Below, piece by piece: positions 32,559 through 42,156 of a stretch of 64,000 nt of DNA. The stretch spans positions 558,837 to 622,836 of the forward strand of contig CAVZMH010000015.1 of assembly GCA_963776345.1 (NCBI GenBank). Reading direction: 5' to 3'. The position numbers and the translations under genes were made by a program. The first letter of the stretch is position 1; each line of letters begins with the position of its first letter. The DNA comes from an uncultured delta proteobacterium. Its GTDB lineage: Bacteria; Myxococcota; Myxococcia; Myxococcales; Myxococcaceae. A model generated the notes under the pieces. That model did no database searches. It saw only the letters and a list, made by a program, of their open reading frames with translations, and was not told where the DNA came from.

Positions 32559-33803
32559 GTGGCTCATCCCCTCCTCGCGGTTCGCTGGCCGGTCGCGCTC
32601 GGCGCGCTCGCGCTGCTGCTGACCGGCTGCGCGGGGGACTACGTCGCCCGGACCGCGGGGTACCGGCGCGCCTACGAGTCGTACCAGTACCCGCCGGCCA
32701 TCCAGGGCTTCGCCGGCGAGGTCTCCTCCGGGCCGCAGATCGACCAGCTCCTGGCGATGATGGACGAGGGGATGGTGCTGCACGCCGCCGGCAAGCTCGA
32801 GGAGAGCATCCAGGTGCTCGCCCAGGCGGACAAGCTGAGCGAGCAGCTCGACTTCGTCTCGGTGAGCGAGGAGGCGAAGGTCCTCATCTCCAACGAGCGG
32901 GAGCGGGCGTACCGCGGGGAGGACTTCGAGAAGCTGATGATCTCCACACTGCAGGCGCTGAACTACGCCCAGCTGGGGAAGGACGAGGACGCGCTGGTCG
33001 AGGTGCGCCGGGTCAACGAGCGCATGCAGCGAATGATCAACGAGGAGAAGAAGCCCTACGAGCAGCTGGCGGTGGCCCGCTACCTCGCCGCGGTGCTCTG
33101 GGAGGACCAGGGGCACGCCGACGACGCCTTCATCGACTACCTCGCGGCGAACAAGCTCGCCGGGGACCTCGGGTCGCTGGCCGAGCCGCTGGTCCGGCTG
33201 GCCAAGGAGACGGGACGCGACGAGCCTCTGAGGTGGCTCCGGCGGCAGTACCCGTGGGCGCAGCCACAGCCGCTGGGGAAGGACGAGGGGCAGATCCTGG
33301 TGGTGCTCGAGGCCGGCAAGGTGCCGATCAAGACCAATGGGACGATGGCCGGTGGCCCCAAGGCGGAGCTGATCGCCGTTCCGGAGTTTCGGCCCCGTCC
33401 GTGGATCCGCGACAGCGGCATCTCGGTCGACGGCGGGGAGCCGGTGCGACCGACCCCAGTCACCTCGCTCGAGGCGGTCGCGCAGATTCACCTCAAGAAT
33501 CGACTCGGGGGTCTCATCGCCCGACAGTTCGGGGCCCTGGCGCTCCGGGCCGGGCTCGCCGCCGGGGCGGGAGCGGCGACCAAGAGCGAGGCGGTGGGGA
33601 TCCTCACCTTCCTCGCCCTGAGCTACGTCAACCAGCCAGATCTCCGGTCCTGGATGTCACTGCCGGCGGAGTTCCAGCTGGCGCGGTTCCGAGTGCCGGC
33701 CGGCGTGCACAAGCTCACCGTGGTGGCCGGCGGCGGCGCCCGCGAGCTCCAGCTGGACGTGCGCCCCCGGCGCGTGACGCTGGTCGTCCTCCGGAGCTAC
33801 TGA
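32559..33803 (+). CDS. COG3014-like TPR lipoprotein
   Basis: Lipobox LTGC; YRGEDFEK..ALNY..DALVEVRR; DLRSW.SLP. Confidence 0.75.
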   Translation: MAHPLLAVRWPVALGALALLLTGCAGDYVARTAGYRRAYESYQYPPAIQGFAGEVSSGPQIDQLLAMMDEGMVLHAAGKLEESIQVLAQADKLSEQLDFVSVSEEAKVLISNERERAYRGEDFEKLMISTLQALNYAQLGKDEDALVEVRRVNERMQRMINEEKKPYEQLAVARYLAAVLWEDQGHADDAFIDYLAANKLAGDLGSLAEPLVRLAKETGRDEPLRWLRRQYPWAQPQPLGKDEGQILVVLEAGKVPIKTNGTMAGGPKAELIAVPEFRPRPWIRDSGISVDGGEPVRPTPVTSLEAVAQIHLKNRLGGLIARQFGALALRAGLAAGAGAATKSEAVGILTFLALSYVNQPDLRSWMSLPAEFQLARFRVPAGVHKLTVVAGGGARELQLDVRPRRVTLVVLRSY

Positions 33804-35775
33804 GCCTGGACGGGCGGCGCGACGGCGCCGGTCCGCGAGCGTCCCCCTGGTGCGGGGGACTGAGCCTGGACGGGCGGCGCTCGAGCACTCGCTGCAGGCG
33901 CGAGAGGACGCCGACCAGATCCGGCGCCTCGCCGAGCACGCCGACGAAGGGGTCGCTCCCCAGCCGCTCCATCCGGGCCGGGGCGTCGAGCGCGGTGAAC
34001 TGCCGGGGGTGGAGCCCGGGCTTCACCTCGTCCCAGCGGAGCGGCATCGACACCGGGACGCCGGGGAGCGGCCGCGCCGAGAATGGCGCGACCAGGAGTT
34101 TCCCCCGGCCGTTCTGGAGGTAGTCCAGGTAGACCTTCGAGCGACGGGCGCGGACCACCCGCTCGGTGGTGGCGATGTCCGGGTGCTGGTGGACCAGCGC
34201 CTCGGCGAGCACCTGGCCGAAGCTGATGGCCGCGCCGTGGTCCAGCTGCCGCCCCAGCGGGACCAGCACGTGCAGGCCGGAGCTGCCGCTGGTCTTGATG
34301 AAGTGGGGGATCTCCAGCGCCTCGCAGAGCGACCGGGCCGCCAGGGCGAGGGTGAGGACGTGCTCGAACGGCGCCGTCTTGGGGTCGAGGTCGAGGATGC
34401 ACCAGTCGGGGTGCTCGAGGTCCGAGAGCCGCGCGCTCCAGAGGTGGAAGGGGATGGTGCCGAGGTTCACCAGGAAGGCGAGCGTCTCCACGTCGTCGCA
34501 GACGAACTGGCGGATGGGCCCCTCGTCGCCCCCCATCTCCACGGTGCGGATCCACGAGGGCAGGTGCGGCCCGGCCTGCTTCTGGAAGAAGCTCTCGCCG
34601 TGGATGCCGTCCGGGAAGCGGGTGAGCATCAGCGGCCGGTCGCGGAGGTAGGGCAGCATCCACGGCGCGATGGCCTGGTAGTAGCGGATGAGGTCGCCCT
34701 TGCTGAACCGGTCCTCGGGCCACCAGGGCTTCTCGAGGTTGACGAAGGAGACGCTGCGCTCCTCGGTGCGCCAGGGCGGGAGGCACTGCTCGGGCCGGCG
34801 GTCGTCGCGGAAGCGGCAGAAGACCGGGTGCCGGGGCGCGCCGCCGCGCTCCCACTCCCGGTAGCGGACCTCGACGACCAGCGTCGGGTCGACCCAGAGG
34901 AGATCCCGGTCGCGCGGGGGATCACGGCAAGGGGGCGTCGCTCGGCGATGCGCCAACAGTTCCCGCTCGACCCGCGAGGCCTCCCGCGGGCCGAGGCCGC
35001 TGCCCACCCGGCCGACGAAGGCGAACCCCTCCCCGTCCCGGGTGGCGAGGGCGAGGGAGGTCAGGCCTCGGGTGTGGCCGACGACCGCGAAGTCCCCGAC
35101 CTGGTGGATGACGACCTTCTGCCAGTCCGCGCCGCGGCCGGCGTGGTGGGCGGCGTCGGCGCGCTTGGCGACGATCCCCTCGAGGCCCATCTGCTTGACC
35201 GCCTCGTAGAAGGCCTCCCCTTCCCTCTCCACCGGCTCGACGCAGCGGATGCGCCCGCCGTTCGCGGTCAGGAGGCGGAGCAGCTCGCGGCGGCGCGCGA
35301 GCGAGAGCCCGCGCAGGTCGTGCTCCTCGGCGGCGAGGAGATCGAACGTCCAGAACGTGGCGGGTGGGGCCCCGCGCGGGGCCCTCGCGCGCTGGGCACG
35401 GCCCTGGAGCAGCGAGAACGAGGGCCGGCCCTCGGCGTCCTCCACCACCAGCTCGCCGTCGAGGATGAAGTCGTCGGAGGGGAGCGCGCGCAGCGCCTCG
35501 ACCAGCTCGGGGAACTGCGCCGAGGGGTCGCTCCCGCCGCGGTAGCGGAGGCGGACCTGCTCGCCGCGGCGCTCGGCGAGGATGCGGTAGCCGTCGTACT
35601 TGAGCTCGAACCACCATCCGCTCCGGGTGAAGGCGCGGGGCGCACGGCTGGCGAGCTGGAAGTCCACGTCCGCCAGGCGGACCTCCCGGCGCGGGGCTCC
35701 GGTCCGCTCCACGGCGAGGCGAAATGCCGGGGTCGCGACAGACCTGTTGCGTGGGGGGCGTCTGCTGGCGGCCAT
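33715..35775 (-). CDS. ligD: NHEJ ligase LigD (ligase and polymerase domains)
   Basis: ELKYDGYR, LDGE, FDLL, EGIVAK; RFPDGI, ILDLDP, KTSGSSGLHV, DYLQN. Confidence 0.93.
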   Translation of the reverse strand: MAASRRPPRNRSVATPAFRLAVERTGAPRREVRLADVDFQLASRAPRAFTRSGWWFELKYDGYRILAERRGEQVRLRYRGGSDPSAQFPELVEALRALPSDDFILDGELVVEDAEGRPSFSLLQGRAQRARAPRGAPPATFWTFDLLAAEEHDLRGLSLARRRELLRLLTANGGRIRCVEPVEREGEAFYEAVKQMGLEGIVAKRADAAHHAGRGADWQKVVIHQVGDFAVVGHTRGLTSLALATRDGEGFAFVGRVGSGLGPREASRVERELLAHRRATPPCRDPPRDRDLLWVDPTLVVEVRYREWERGGAPRHPVFCRFRDDRRPEQCLPPWRTEERSVSFVNLEKPWWPEDRFSKGDLIRYYQAIAPWMLPYLRDRPLMLTRFPDGIHGESFFQKQAGPHLPSWIRTVEMGGDEGPIRQFVCDDVETLAFLVNLGTIPFHLWSARLSDLEHPDWCILDLDPKTAPFEHVLTLALAARSLCEALEIPHFIKTSGSSGLHVLVPLGRQLDHGAAISFGQVLAEALVHQHPDIATTERVVRARRSKVYLDYLQNGRGKLLVAPFSARPLPGVPVSMPLRWDEVKPGLHPRQFTALDAPARMERLGSDPFVGVLGEAPDLVGVLSRLQRVLERRPSRLSPPHQGDARGPAPSRRPSRLSSSGGRPASRAGGARPAGARGRRRRPPR
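33799..33880. repeat. 22-bp direct repeat pair with an internal hairpin
   Basis: ACTGAGCCTGGACGGGCGGCGC at 33799-33820 and 33859-33880; hairpin GTCCCCC-TGGTGC-GGGGGAC at 33841-33860. Confidence 0.85.
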
Positions 35776-35801
35776 GCGGAGGGGGGTATATCTACGCTGT
35801 C

Positions 35802-36680
35802 ATGGCGGCTCGCGCGATCGGCTCTGGGACCATCTCCTTCGGCCTGGTGAACATCCCGGTGAAGCTCTACGCCGCGGCGGAGAGCGCGGCGCAGATCTCG
35901 TTCCACCAGCTCCACGACAAGTGCAAGAGCCGGATCAAGCAGCAGCTGTGGTGCCCGGTGGACAACGAGATCGTCACCCGCGAGCATCTCGTGAAGGGAT
36001 ACGAGTTCGCGCGCGACCAGTACGTGCTCTTCACCGCCGAGGAGCTGAAGGCGCTGGAGGAAGCGTCGACCAAGGCGATGGAGATCACCGAGTTCGTGCC
36101 GCTCTCCAGCGTGGACCCGCTCTACTTCGAGAACGGCTGGTACCTCGGGCCGGACAAGGGGGCGGACCGTCCCTACCGGCTGCTCGGGCAGGCGCTGGAG
36201 CAGAGCCAGCACGCGGCCATCGCCAAGTACTCCACCCGGGGGCGCGAGGAGCTGGTGCTCATCCGTCCGCGTCAGGGGGCGATGGTGATGCAGACGCTCC
36301 GGTACGCGGACGAGCTGCGGCCGGTGAGCGAGGTCCCGGTCGGCGCGGGCGAGGTGAAGCCCGCCGAGCTGCAGCTGGCGAAGCAGTTCATCGAGCAGCT
36401 CTCCACCGAGACGTTCGACGCCAGCAAGTACGAGGACACCTACCGGAAGAAGCTGCAGGCGGTCATCGACGCGAAGATCGCCGGCGAGCCGGTGGCGATC
36501 GCGCCGGCCGAGCCGCCCCGGACACAGGTCATCGATCTGATGGAGGCGCTGAAGGCGAGCCTCGCCAAGCGCGGCGCGACCCCGTCCGCTGCCCCCGCGA
36601 CCACCGAGCGCAAGCCGCCCAAGCGCGCTCCGGGCCCGGCCGCAGAGCCCGCCCCGGCTCGCAAGCGCGGCAAGCGCTGA
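35802..36680 (+). CDS. ku: NHEJ DNA end-binding protein Ku
   Basis: GTISFGLVNIPVKLY, KGYE, YEDTY, VIDLMEALKASL, basic tail. Confidence 0.96.
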   Translation: MAARAIGSGTISFGLVNIPVKLYAAAESAAQISFHQLHDKCKSRIKQQLWCPVDNEIVTREHLVKGYEFARDQYVLFTAEELKALEEASTKAMEITEFVPLSSVDPLYFENGWYLGPDKGADRPYRLLGQALEQSQHAAIAKYSTRGREELVLIRPRQGAMVMQTLRYADELRPVSEVPVGAGEVKPAELQLAKQFIEQLSTETFDASKYEDTYRKKLQAVIDAKIAGEPVAIAPAEPPRTQVIDLMEALKASLAKRGATPSAAPATTERKPPKRAPGPAAEPAPARKRGKR

Positions 36681-36687
36681 GGCGCGG

Positions 36688-37179
36688 GTGCGCCTCCCCA
36701 GCGCGGCGCTCGGCAGTGCGCTGTTCTTCGCCGTCGCCCCGGGCGTGGTGGTGGGGGTGGTCCCCTGGTGGCTGACCCGCTGGCAGCCGGGTTCCACGTC
36801 TCCTCCGGTCCGTCTGCTCGGCGGGCTCTTGCTGGTGACCGCGCTGCCGGTGCTGGTGTGCGCATTCGTGCGCTTCGCGCGCGACGGGCTCGGGACGCCT
36901 GCGCCGGTGGCCCCCACCGAGCGGTTGGTGGTCACCGGGGCGTACCGGCACGTGCGTAACCCGATGTACGTGGCCGTGCTCGCAGCCATCGTCGGACAGG
37001 CGCTGCTGCTGGGCCAGACCCGTCTCCTGGGCTACGCCGCGGTGGTGGCCGTGCTGGTGGTGAGCTTCGTGCGGTTCTACGAGGAGCCGGTTCTCCTTCG
37101 CCGGTTCGGAGCCGAGTACGAGGCGTACCGGCGGGCGGTCCCCGGATGGTGGCCCCGGCTCCGTCCCTGGACCGGCTGA
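36688..37179 (+). CDS. Isoprenylcysteine carboxylmethyltransferase-family membrane protein
   Basis: LVVTGAYRHVRNPMY, EE..L..FG.EY..Y..VP. Confidence 0.88.
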   Translation: MRLPSAALGSALFFAVAPGVVVGVVPWWLTRWQPGSTSPPVRLLGGLLLVTALPVLVCAFVRFARDGLGTPAPVAPTERLVVTGAYRHVRNPMYVAVLAAIVGQALLLGQTRLLGYAAVVAVLVVSFVRFYEEPVLLRRFGAEYEAYRRAVPGWWPRLRPWTG

Positions 37180-37180
37180 G

Positions 37181-38136
37181 TCAGTGCCACCGGGCCGGTG
37201 GCTGCCTGCGCCGAGCCTGGAAGTCGCCGTGGAGGAGCTCGACCTTGGCGCGGGTGGTGGTGGCTCCTTCGGCCATGCTCAGGGAGAGCGTCCCTTCCTC
37301 GACGAAGATCTCCCGGCCGGCCTCCAGGACGGTGAACGTCGCGCCGGGCCAGGCGTAGAGGGCGAGGTGCGCCTCGGGGAGACGCTCGACCTCCAAGTGC
37401 CCGTGCTGCGCGCCGCGGCAGAGGATCTCCAGGCGCCGGCTCGCAGGAAGGCGGAACGCAGCTCCCCCAGGCTCGAGCCACAGCTCGATGGGCGGATCGG
37501 CGCCATCGATGACGCGGCGGTCCAGGTAGACGCGCTCGCCGCCGAAGGTGACGACCGGCGGCCCAGTGGGACAGTCGTGGGTCGTCGCGGCGAGGACGAC
37601 CGGGCACGGCGCCCGCGCGTCCGCCCGGCAGACTTCCCAGGCGCAGAATCGGCACACCCGCACGGCGGCCTCGGGCGACTCCGCGAGCCCGGCGAGGAGC
37701 CGCTCGGAGATCCGGATGAGGCGAGGGATCCAGACCTCCGGGAGACGGTCGACCAGACGTCGGGTGACGTGGGCTCGCGCGATCCTCGCCCGGAGCGCTC
37801 GTGCCGTCCCGAGCTCCGAGGCCCTGAGCGTCACGGCCCTCCGGTCTCGGGGGTCCTCCGTCTTCAGCACGAGCCCTTCCTCCACGAGGCGCGTGACCAG
37901 GCGGGTGACCGAGACCTGGGTCAGCGCCAGAGGGACACGGAGCGCGTCGAGACGAAGGCCGGGCACCTGCGAGATCGTCTGGAGCGCGGCGGCGCCCGAT
38001 GCCGAGCTCCCCGTCGAGGTCGCCATGACCAGCTCCAGCCGATCGCTCAGGCCGACTGCCAGGGCGCCGAGCAGGTTGGCAGCCCGGTCCCGAGCGGACG
38101 GTGTGTCTCCTCGTCAGGGAACCAACGCCTGGGCAT
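37181..38136 (-). CDS. MarR-family regulator with Cys cluster and extra C-terminal domain; start uncertain (possible frameshift near 38110)
   Basis: In-frame DRAANLLGALAVGLSDRL upstream of the listed ORF; VTRLVTRL..GLV..DRRAV wHTH; CRFC..VC..CPV. Confidence 0.7.
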
Positions 38137-38174
38137 GACGCGGCCGGCCGAATCGCGGAAAAACGAAAAAGATA

Positions 38175-38219
38175 CATACGGTATGCATGCAATTCTCGAA
38201 AACACATGCATGCAGTATG
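38175..38219. promoter_or_regulatory. AT-rich palindromic operator-like region
   Basis: ATGCATGCA at 38183 and 38206, framed by CATAC...GTATG, upstream of the MarR gene. Confidence 0.45.
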
Positions 38220-38538
38220 AAATCTGTTTTCGGCCGTCCGGTCCCCCGGCCTCCCCCTCGAGAGTCCACGGGCGTGGAGCGGCTTCCCCCTCGGCGGACG
38301 GTCACTGCACGCGACGCGCCCGCGTGCGAAGGAGGGAGGGAACCAGCGTCGCCGCTGCCTCCAGAGCGGCCGGAGGCGCGCAGGCCGGCCGGCATCGCCC
38401 GGACCGACCGAACCCCCGCCCTCCCGCGTCCCCCATGGGCGCTGCGACCCCGAACTCGCGTTCAGCTCCACGGCGCCCGAGGCGGACGCCGGCCCTCCCG
38501 GACGACCGTCAGACCCCGCTGGTACCTCTTGTCCCGTC

Positions 38539-39348
38539 ATGCAGCAGACCCGGGTGGAGACGCGGACTTACACGCTGTCCGATGCGGCGGCGGTGCTCGG
38601 CACCTCCGAGGCCCGGGTGCTCCAGCTGGTCGAGGCGGGGCTTCCCGAGCGGGCGGCCACCCTGCGGCGGCCGGGGGCACGCGCGCTCACCTTCCAGGAC
38701 CTGGTGCTGCTCCGGAACGCCACGCGTCTCGTGGACCAGGCCATCCAGCCGGCCCGGGTCGCGGACGCCCTGCGCCAGGCCCGGGCCCGGCTCCCCGCGG
38801 GCCGGCCGGTCAGCGCGCTGACCCTCGAGGCCGCCGGCCAGCAGATCGTCGTCCGCGAGGGCCAGACCCGGATCGCCGCGGACTCCGGACAGGTGCTGCT
38901 CGATCTCGCGGTGGCGCCTTCCCCTGCCCCGGCGCCCATTCCGGACGTCGACGCGCTCTTCTCCGAGGCGCAGTCGCTCGAGGACCGCGCGCCGGCCCGC
39001 GCCCGAGCGCTCTACGCCCAGCTCCTTCACCGCGCTCCCGCACACGCCGACGCCCACGTGAACCTCGGGCGGCTGCTCCACGAGGAGGGACGGCTGGCCG
39101 AGGCGCAGACGCACTACCGGGCTGCGCTCGCCGCCCGGCCAGCAGACGCCACCGCGGCGTACAACCTCGCTGTGGCGCTCGGCGATCAGGGTCGCACGGC
39201 CGACGCCGTCCACTGGTACGAGACCGCGCTTCGCTCGGACCCGGGCCTGGCCGAGGCGCACTACAACCTCGCCTGTCTCCACGAGCGGCGCGGGCAGCCA
39301 ACCCTCGCCCTCCGCCACCTCAAGGAGTACCGGCGGCTCGCAGGCTGA
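38539..39348 (+). CDS. MerR-like HTH plus TPR protein
   Basis: YTLSDAAAVLG...FQDLVLLR; TPR units AHVNLGRLL, AAYNLAVAL, AHYNLACL. Confidence 0.8.
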   Translation: MQQTRVETRTYTLSDAAAVLGTSEARVLQLVEAGLPERAATLRRPGARALTFQDLVLLRNATRLVDQAIQPARVADALRQARARLPAGRPVSALTLEAAGQQIVVREGQTRIAADSGQVLLDLAVAPSPAPAPIPDVDALFSEAQSLEDRAPARARALYAQLLHRAPAHADAHVNLGRLLHEEGRLAEAQTHYRAALAARPADATAAYNLAVALGDQGRTADAVHWYETALRSDPGLAEAHYNLACLHERRGQPTLALRHLKEYRRLAG

Positions 39349-39405
39349 GCGCCCCTCGCTCGTCTCGTGGTAGGCCTCGCCCCGTCCCCAGGGGAGGTCA
39401 CCTCG

Positions 39406-39960
39406 ATGCGCGTCGTCCTCGTCCTCATCTCCGCCACGCTCCTCCTCGCCGCCTGCAAGCGCGAAACACAGGAGGCCGTCGCCCAAGCGAAGGGCGCCGC
39501 CGCCGATGCCGAGCGCGCCGCGAAGGAGGCCGCCGCGCAGGCCCGGAGCGCCGCGGACCAGGCGACCGCCAGCGCACGATCGGCAGCAGATCAGGCGAAG
39601 TCCGCCGCCGACGACGCCGCGGCGAAGGCGCGCGCCGCTGCCGAGGAGGCCCGGGAGGCCGCGGCGAACGCCGGCGACTCTGCCCGGAAGAGCGTCGGCA
39701 GCACAGGCCAGGCGCTGCGCGAGCTGACGGCCGGTGATCAGGTACTCGGCGTCGTGGTGGGAGCCGGGAGCGCCGAGCTGGACGTGCGACCCGCGGAGGG
39801 CCCGGTGCAGACGCTCAGGACCGACGCGCACACCCGGTGGATCCGCCGCGGCGCCTCGGCCGGAGCCGCGGGATTCCCCATCGGGTCCACCGTGCGCGCC
39901 ACGTACATCGTGAAGGACGGGCAGCGGATTGCCACCCAGGTGGAGGCAGTCACCCCTTGA
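39406..39960 (+). CDS. Ala-rich lipoprotein
   Basis: Lipobox LAAC; ARSAADQA-type repeats; small beta-rich C-terminal domain. Confidence 0.7.
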   Translation: MRVVLVLISATLLLAACKRETQEAVAQAKGAAADAERAAKEAAAQARSAADQATASARSAADQAKSAADDAAAKARAAAEEAREAAANAGDSARKSVGSTGQALRELTAGDQVLGVVVGAGSAELDVRPAEGPVQTLRTDAHTRWIRRGASAGAAGFPIGSTVRATYIVKDGQRIATQVEAVTP

Positions 39961-41024
39961 CCCTCCCGGTCCAGCCGCCGGTCTCGCCCATGCTCTCGCG
40001 GCTGGTCCGCGAGCTACCGGCGGCCGGAGCCGTCGTCTACGAGCCCAAGTGGGACGGCTTCCGGGCCATCGTCTTCCGCGACGGGGACGCCGTGGAGCTG
40101 GGGAGCCGAAACGAGAAGCCCCTCACCCGCTACTTCCCCGAGCTGGTGGAGCCGCTCCGGGCCTCGCTGCCCGAGCGCTGCGTGGTCGACGGCGAGGTGG
40201 TCATCGCCGGGCCGAAGGGTCTCGACTTCGACGCCCTCTTGAACCGCATCCACCCCGCCGCCTCGCGCGTCCGGAAGCTCGCCGAGGAGACGCCGGCCTC
40301 GTTCGTGGCCTTCGACCTCCTGGCGGTGGGCGATGAGGACCTCCGGGGCCGCCCCTTCGAGGAGCGGCGGCAGAGGCTGGAGCAGGCGCTGGCCAACGCC
40401 CGCCCGCCGGTCCACCTCACGCCCGCCACGCGGGACCGGGCGGTGGCCGAGGAGTGGTTCCGCCGCTTCGAGGGCGCCGGGCTGGACGGGGTGATGGTGA
40501 AGCCGCTCGCGCTCCCCTACCTCGAGGACAAGCGCGAGATGCTGAAGGTGAAGCACGAGCGCACCGCCGACTGCGTGGTGGCCGGCTTCCGCTGGTTCAA
40601 GGGCGGCGGAGGCGTGGGCTCGCTGCTCCTCGGCCTCCACGACGCGCACGGCGCGCTGCACCACGTGGGCATCTGCTCGGGCTTCTCCGTGGCGCTCAGG
40701 AAGCAGCTCGAGGCCGAGCTGGAGCCCCTCCGCGCGGGCGCGCTCGAGGCTCACCCGTGGAAGGAGTGGGCCACGATGGCCGGCGAGGGCGAGCAGCGGA
40801 TGCCGGGCGCGCCGAGCCGGTGGAACAACAAGAAGGACCTCTCCTGGGAGCCCGTCCGGCTGGAGCGCGTGGTGGAGGTCGGCTACGACCACCTGCAGGG
40901 GCCGCGCTTCCGGCACGCCACGCACTTCCTCCGCTGGCGCCCGGACCGCATGCCCGCCTCGTGCACCTACGCCCAGCTCGAGGCGGTGGTCCCGGCCGAG
41001 CTGCGCGCGCTGTTCGGCGCCTGA
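39957..41024 (+). CDS. ligC: ATP-dependent DNA ligase LigC
   Basis: [54 protein letters not shown]. Confidence 0.9.
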   Translation: MTLPVQPPVSPMLSRLVRELPAAGAVVYEPKWDGFRAIVFRDGDAVELGSRNEKPLTRYFPELVEPLRASLPERCVVDGEVVIAGPKGLDFDALLNRIHPAASRVRKLAEETPASFVAFDLLAVGDEDLRGRPFEERRQRLEQALANARPPVHLTPATRDRAVAEEWFRRFEGAGLDGVMVKPLALPYLEDKREMLKVKHERTADCVVAGFRWFKGGGGVGSLLLGLHDAHGALHHVGICSGFSVALRKQLEAELEPLRAGALEAHPWKEWATMAGEGEQRMPGAPSRWNNKKDLSWEPVRLERVVEVGYDHLQGPRFRHATHFLRWRPDRMPASCTYAQLEAVVPAELRALFGA

Positions 41025-41103
41025 GCCAGAGCCGGGCTCGTCGAGCGGCACCGGAGCGCTCGGAGCCGAGCCCGCAGCCCCATGGACCGCCTCTCGTCGC
41101 CCG

Positions 41104-42120
41104 TCACTCCTCCGGCTTCTTCCGCGCCTTGCTCGGCTGCACCCGCTTCGGCTCGCCGCGCTGCTTCGGGAAGTGGGGCGGCCACGGCGCGTCCCCCAGC
41201 CCCTGCGCCTCGTCGCGCGCGGCGAGCTCCAGCAGCGGCTCCAGCGAGAACGCCCGGTCGTCGATGCCCGCGCCCACGTCGCCGAGCCGGGCGAAGCGCT
41301 CGGGCACCGTGGCCAGGGTCAGGTCCGCGGGGTTCACCGTCTCCAGCTCGGACCAGGTGACCGGGCAGCTCACCCGTCCCTCGGGGTTGGCCCGCACCGA
41401 GTACGCCGAGGCGATGGTCCGGTCGCGCGCGTTCTGGTTGTAGTCGAGGAACACGCGGGTCCCCCGCTCCTCCTTCCACCACTTGCTGGTGGCGATGTCC
41501 GGGATCCGCCGCTCGACCTCCCGCGCCAGCGCCAGCGCGGCCCGCCGCACCTCGAGGAAGTCCCAGCGGGGCTCGATGCGCACGTAGATGTGCACCCCGC
41601 GCGAGCCGGAGGTCTTGGGCCAGCCGACCAGGCCCAGCCCCTCGAGCACCGACCTCACCTCCGCCGCCACCCGGCGCACCGCCGAGAACTCCACTCCCGG
41701 CTGCGGATCGAGGTCCACCCGGAGCTCGTCCGGATGATCCACGTCGCTCCGCCGCACCGCCCACGGGTTCAGGTCGAGGCAGCCGAGGTTCGCCGCCCAG
41801 ACCACGTGCGCCACGTCCACCGGGCACAGCTCGCGCGCGCTCCGGCCGCTGGGGAAGGTGACCGTCACCGTCTCCAGCCACTCGGGGAGCGGGTCCGGCA
41901 CGCGCTTCTGGTAGAAGAACTCGCCGCCCGCGCCGTCCGGGTAGCGCTTGAGCACGGTCGGCCGCTCGCGCACCCCGCGGAGGGCGCCCGGCCCCACGGC
42001 CAGGTAGTAGCGGACCAGGTCCAGCTTGGTCTCCCCCCGTGCGGAGAAGAACACCTTGTCCGGGTTGGAGATGCGGACCTTGCGTCCGTCGACCTCGACC
42101 TCGGTGTGCACAGTGGCCAC
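41104..42120 (-). CDS. Stand-alone AEP primase-polymerase (Prim-PolC-like)
   Basis: [50 protein letters not shown]. Confidence 0.9.
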   Translation of the reverse strand: MATVHTEVEVDGRKVRISNPDKVFFSARGETKLDLVRYYLAVGPGALRGVRERPTVLKRYPDGAGGEFFYQKRVPDPLPEWLETVTVTFPSGRSARELCPVDVAHVVWAANLGCLDLNPWAVRRSDVDHPDELRVDLDPQPGVEFSAVRRVAAEVRSVLEGLGLVGWPKTSGSRGVHIYVRIEPRWDFLEVRRAALALAREVERRIPDIATSKWWKEERGTRVFLDYNQNARDRTIASAYSVRANPEGRVSCPVTWSELETVNPADLTLATVPERFARLGDVGAGIDDRAFSLEPLLELAARDEAQGLGDAPWPPHFPKQRGEPKRVQPSKARKKPEE

Positions 42121-42156
42121 GGTTTCCCCGCCAGATGTGGTAGCGCTAGCCGCCCG

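Noticed and set aside
33799..33880. Possible mini-CRISPR (22-bp repeats, 38-bp spacer)
   Set aside because: Only two copies, overlapping coding sequence, with no leader and no cas genes
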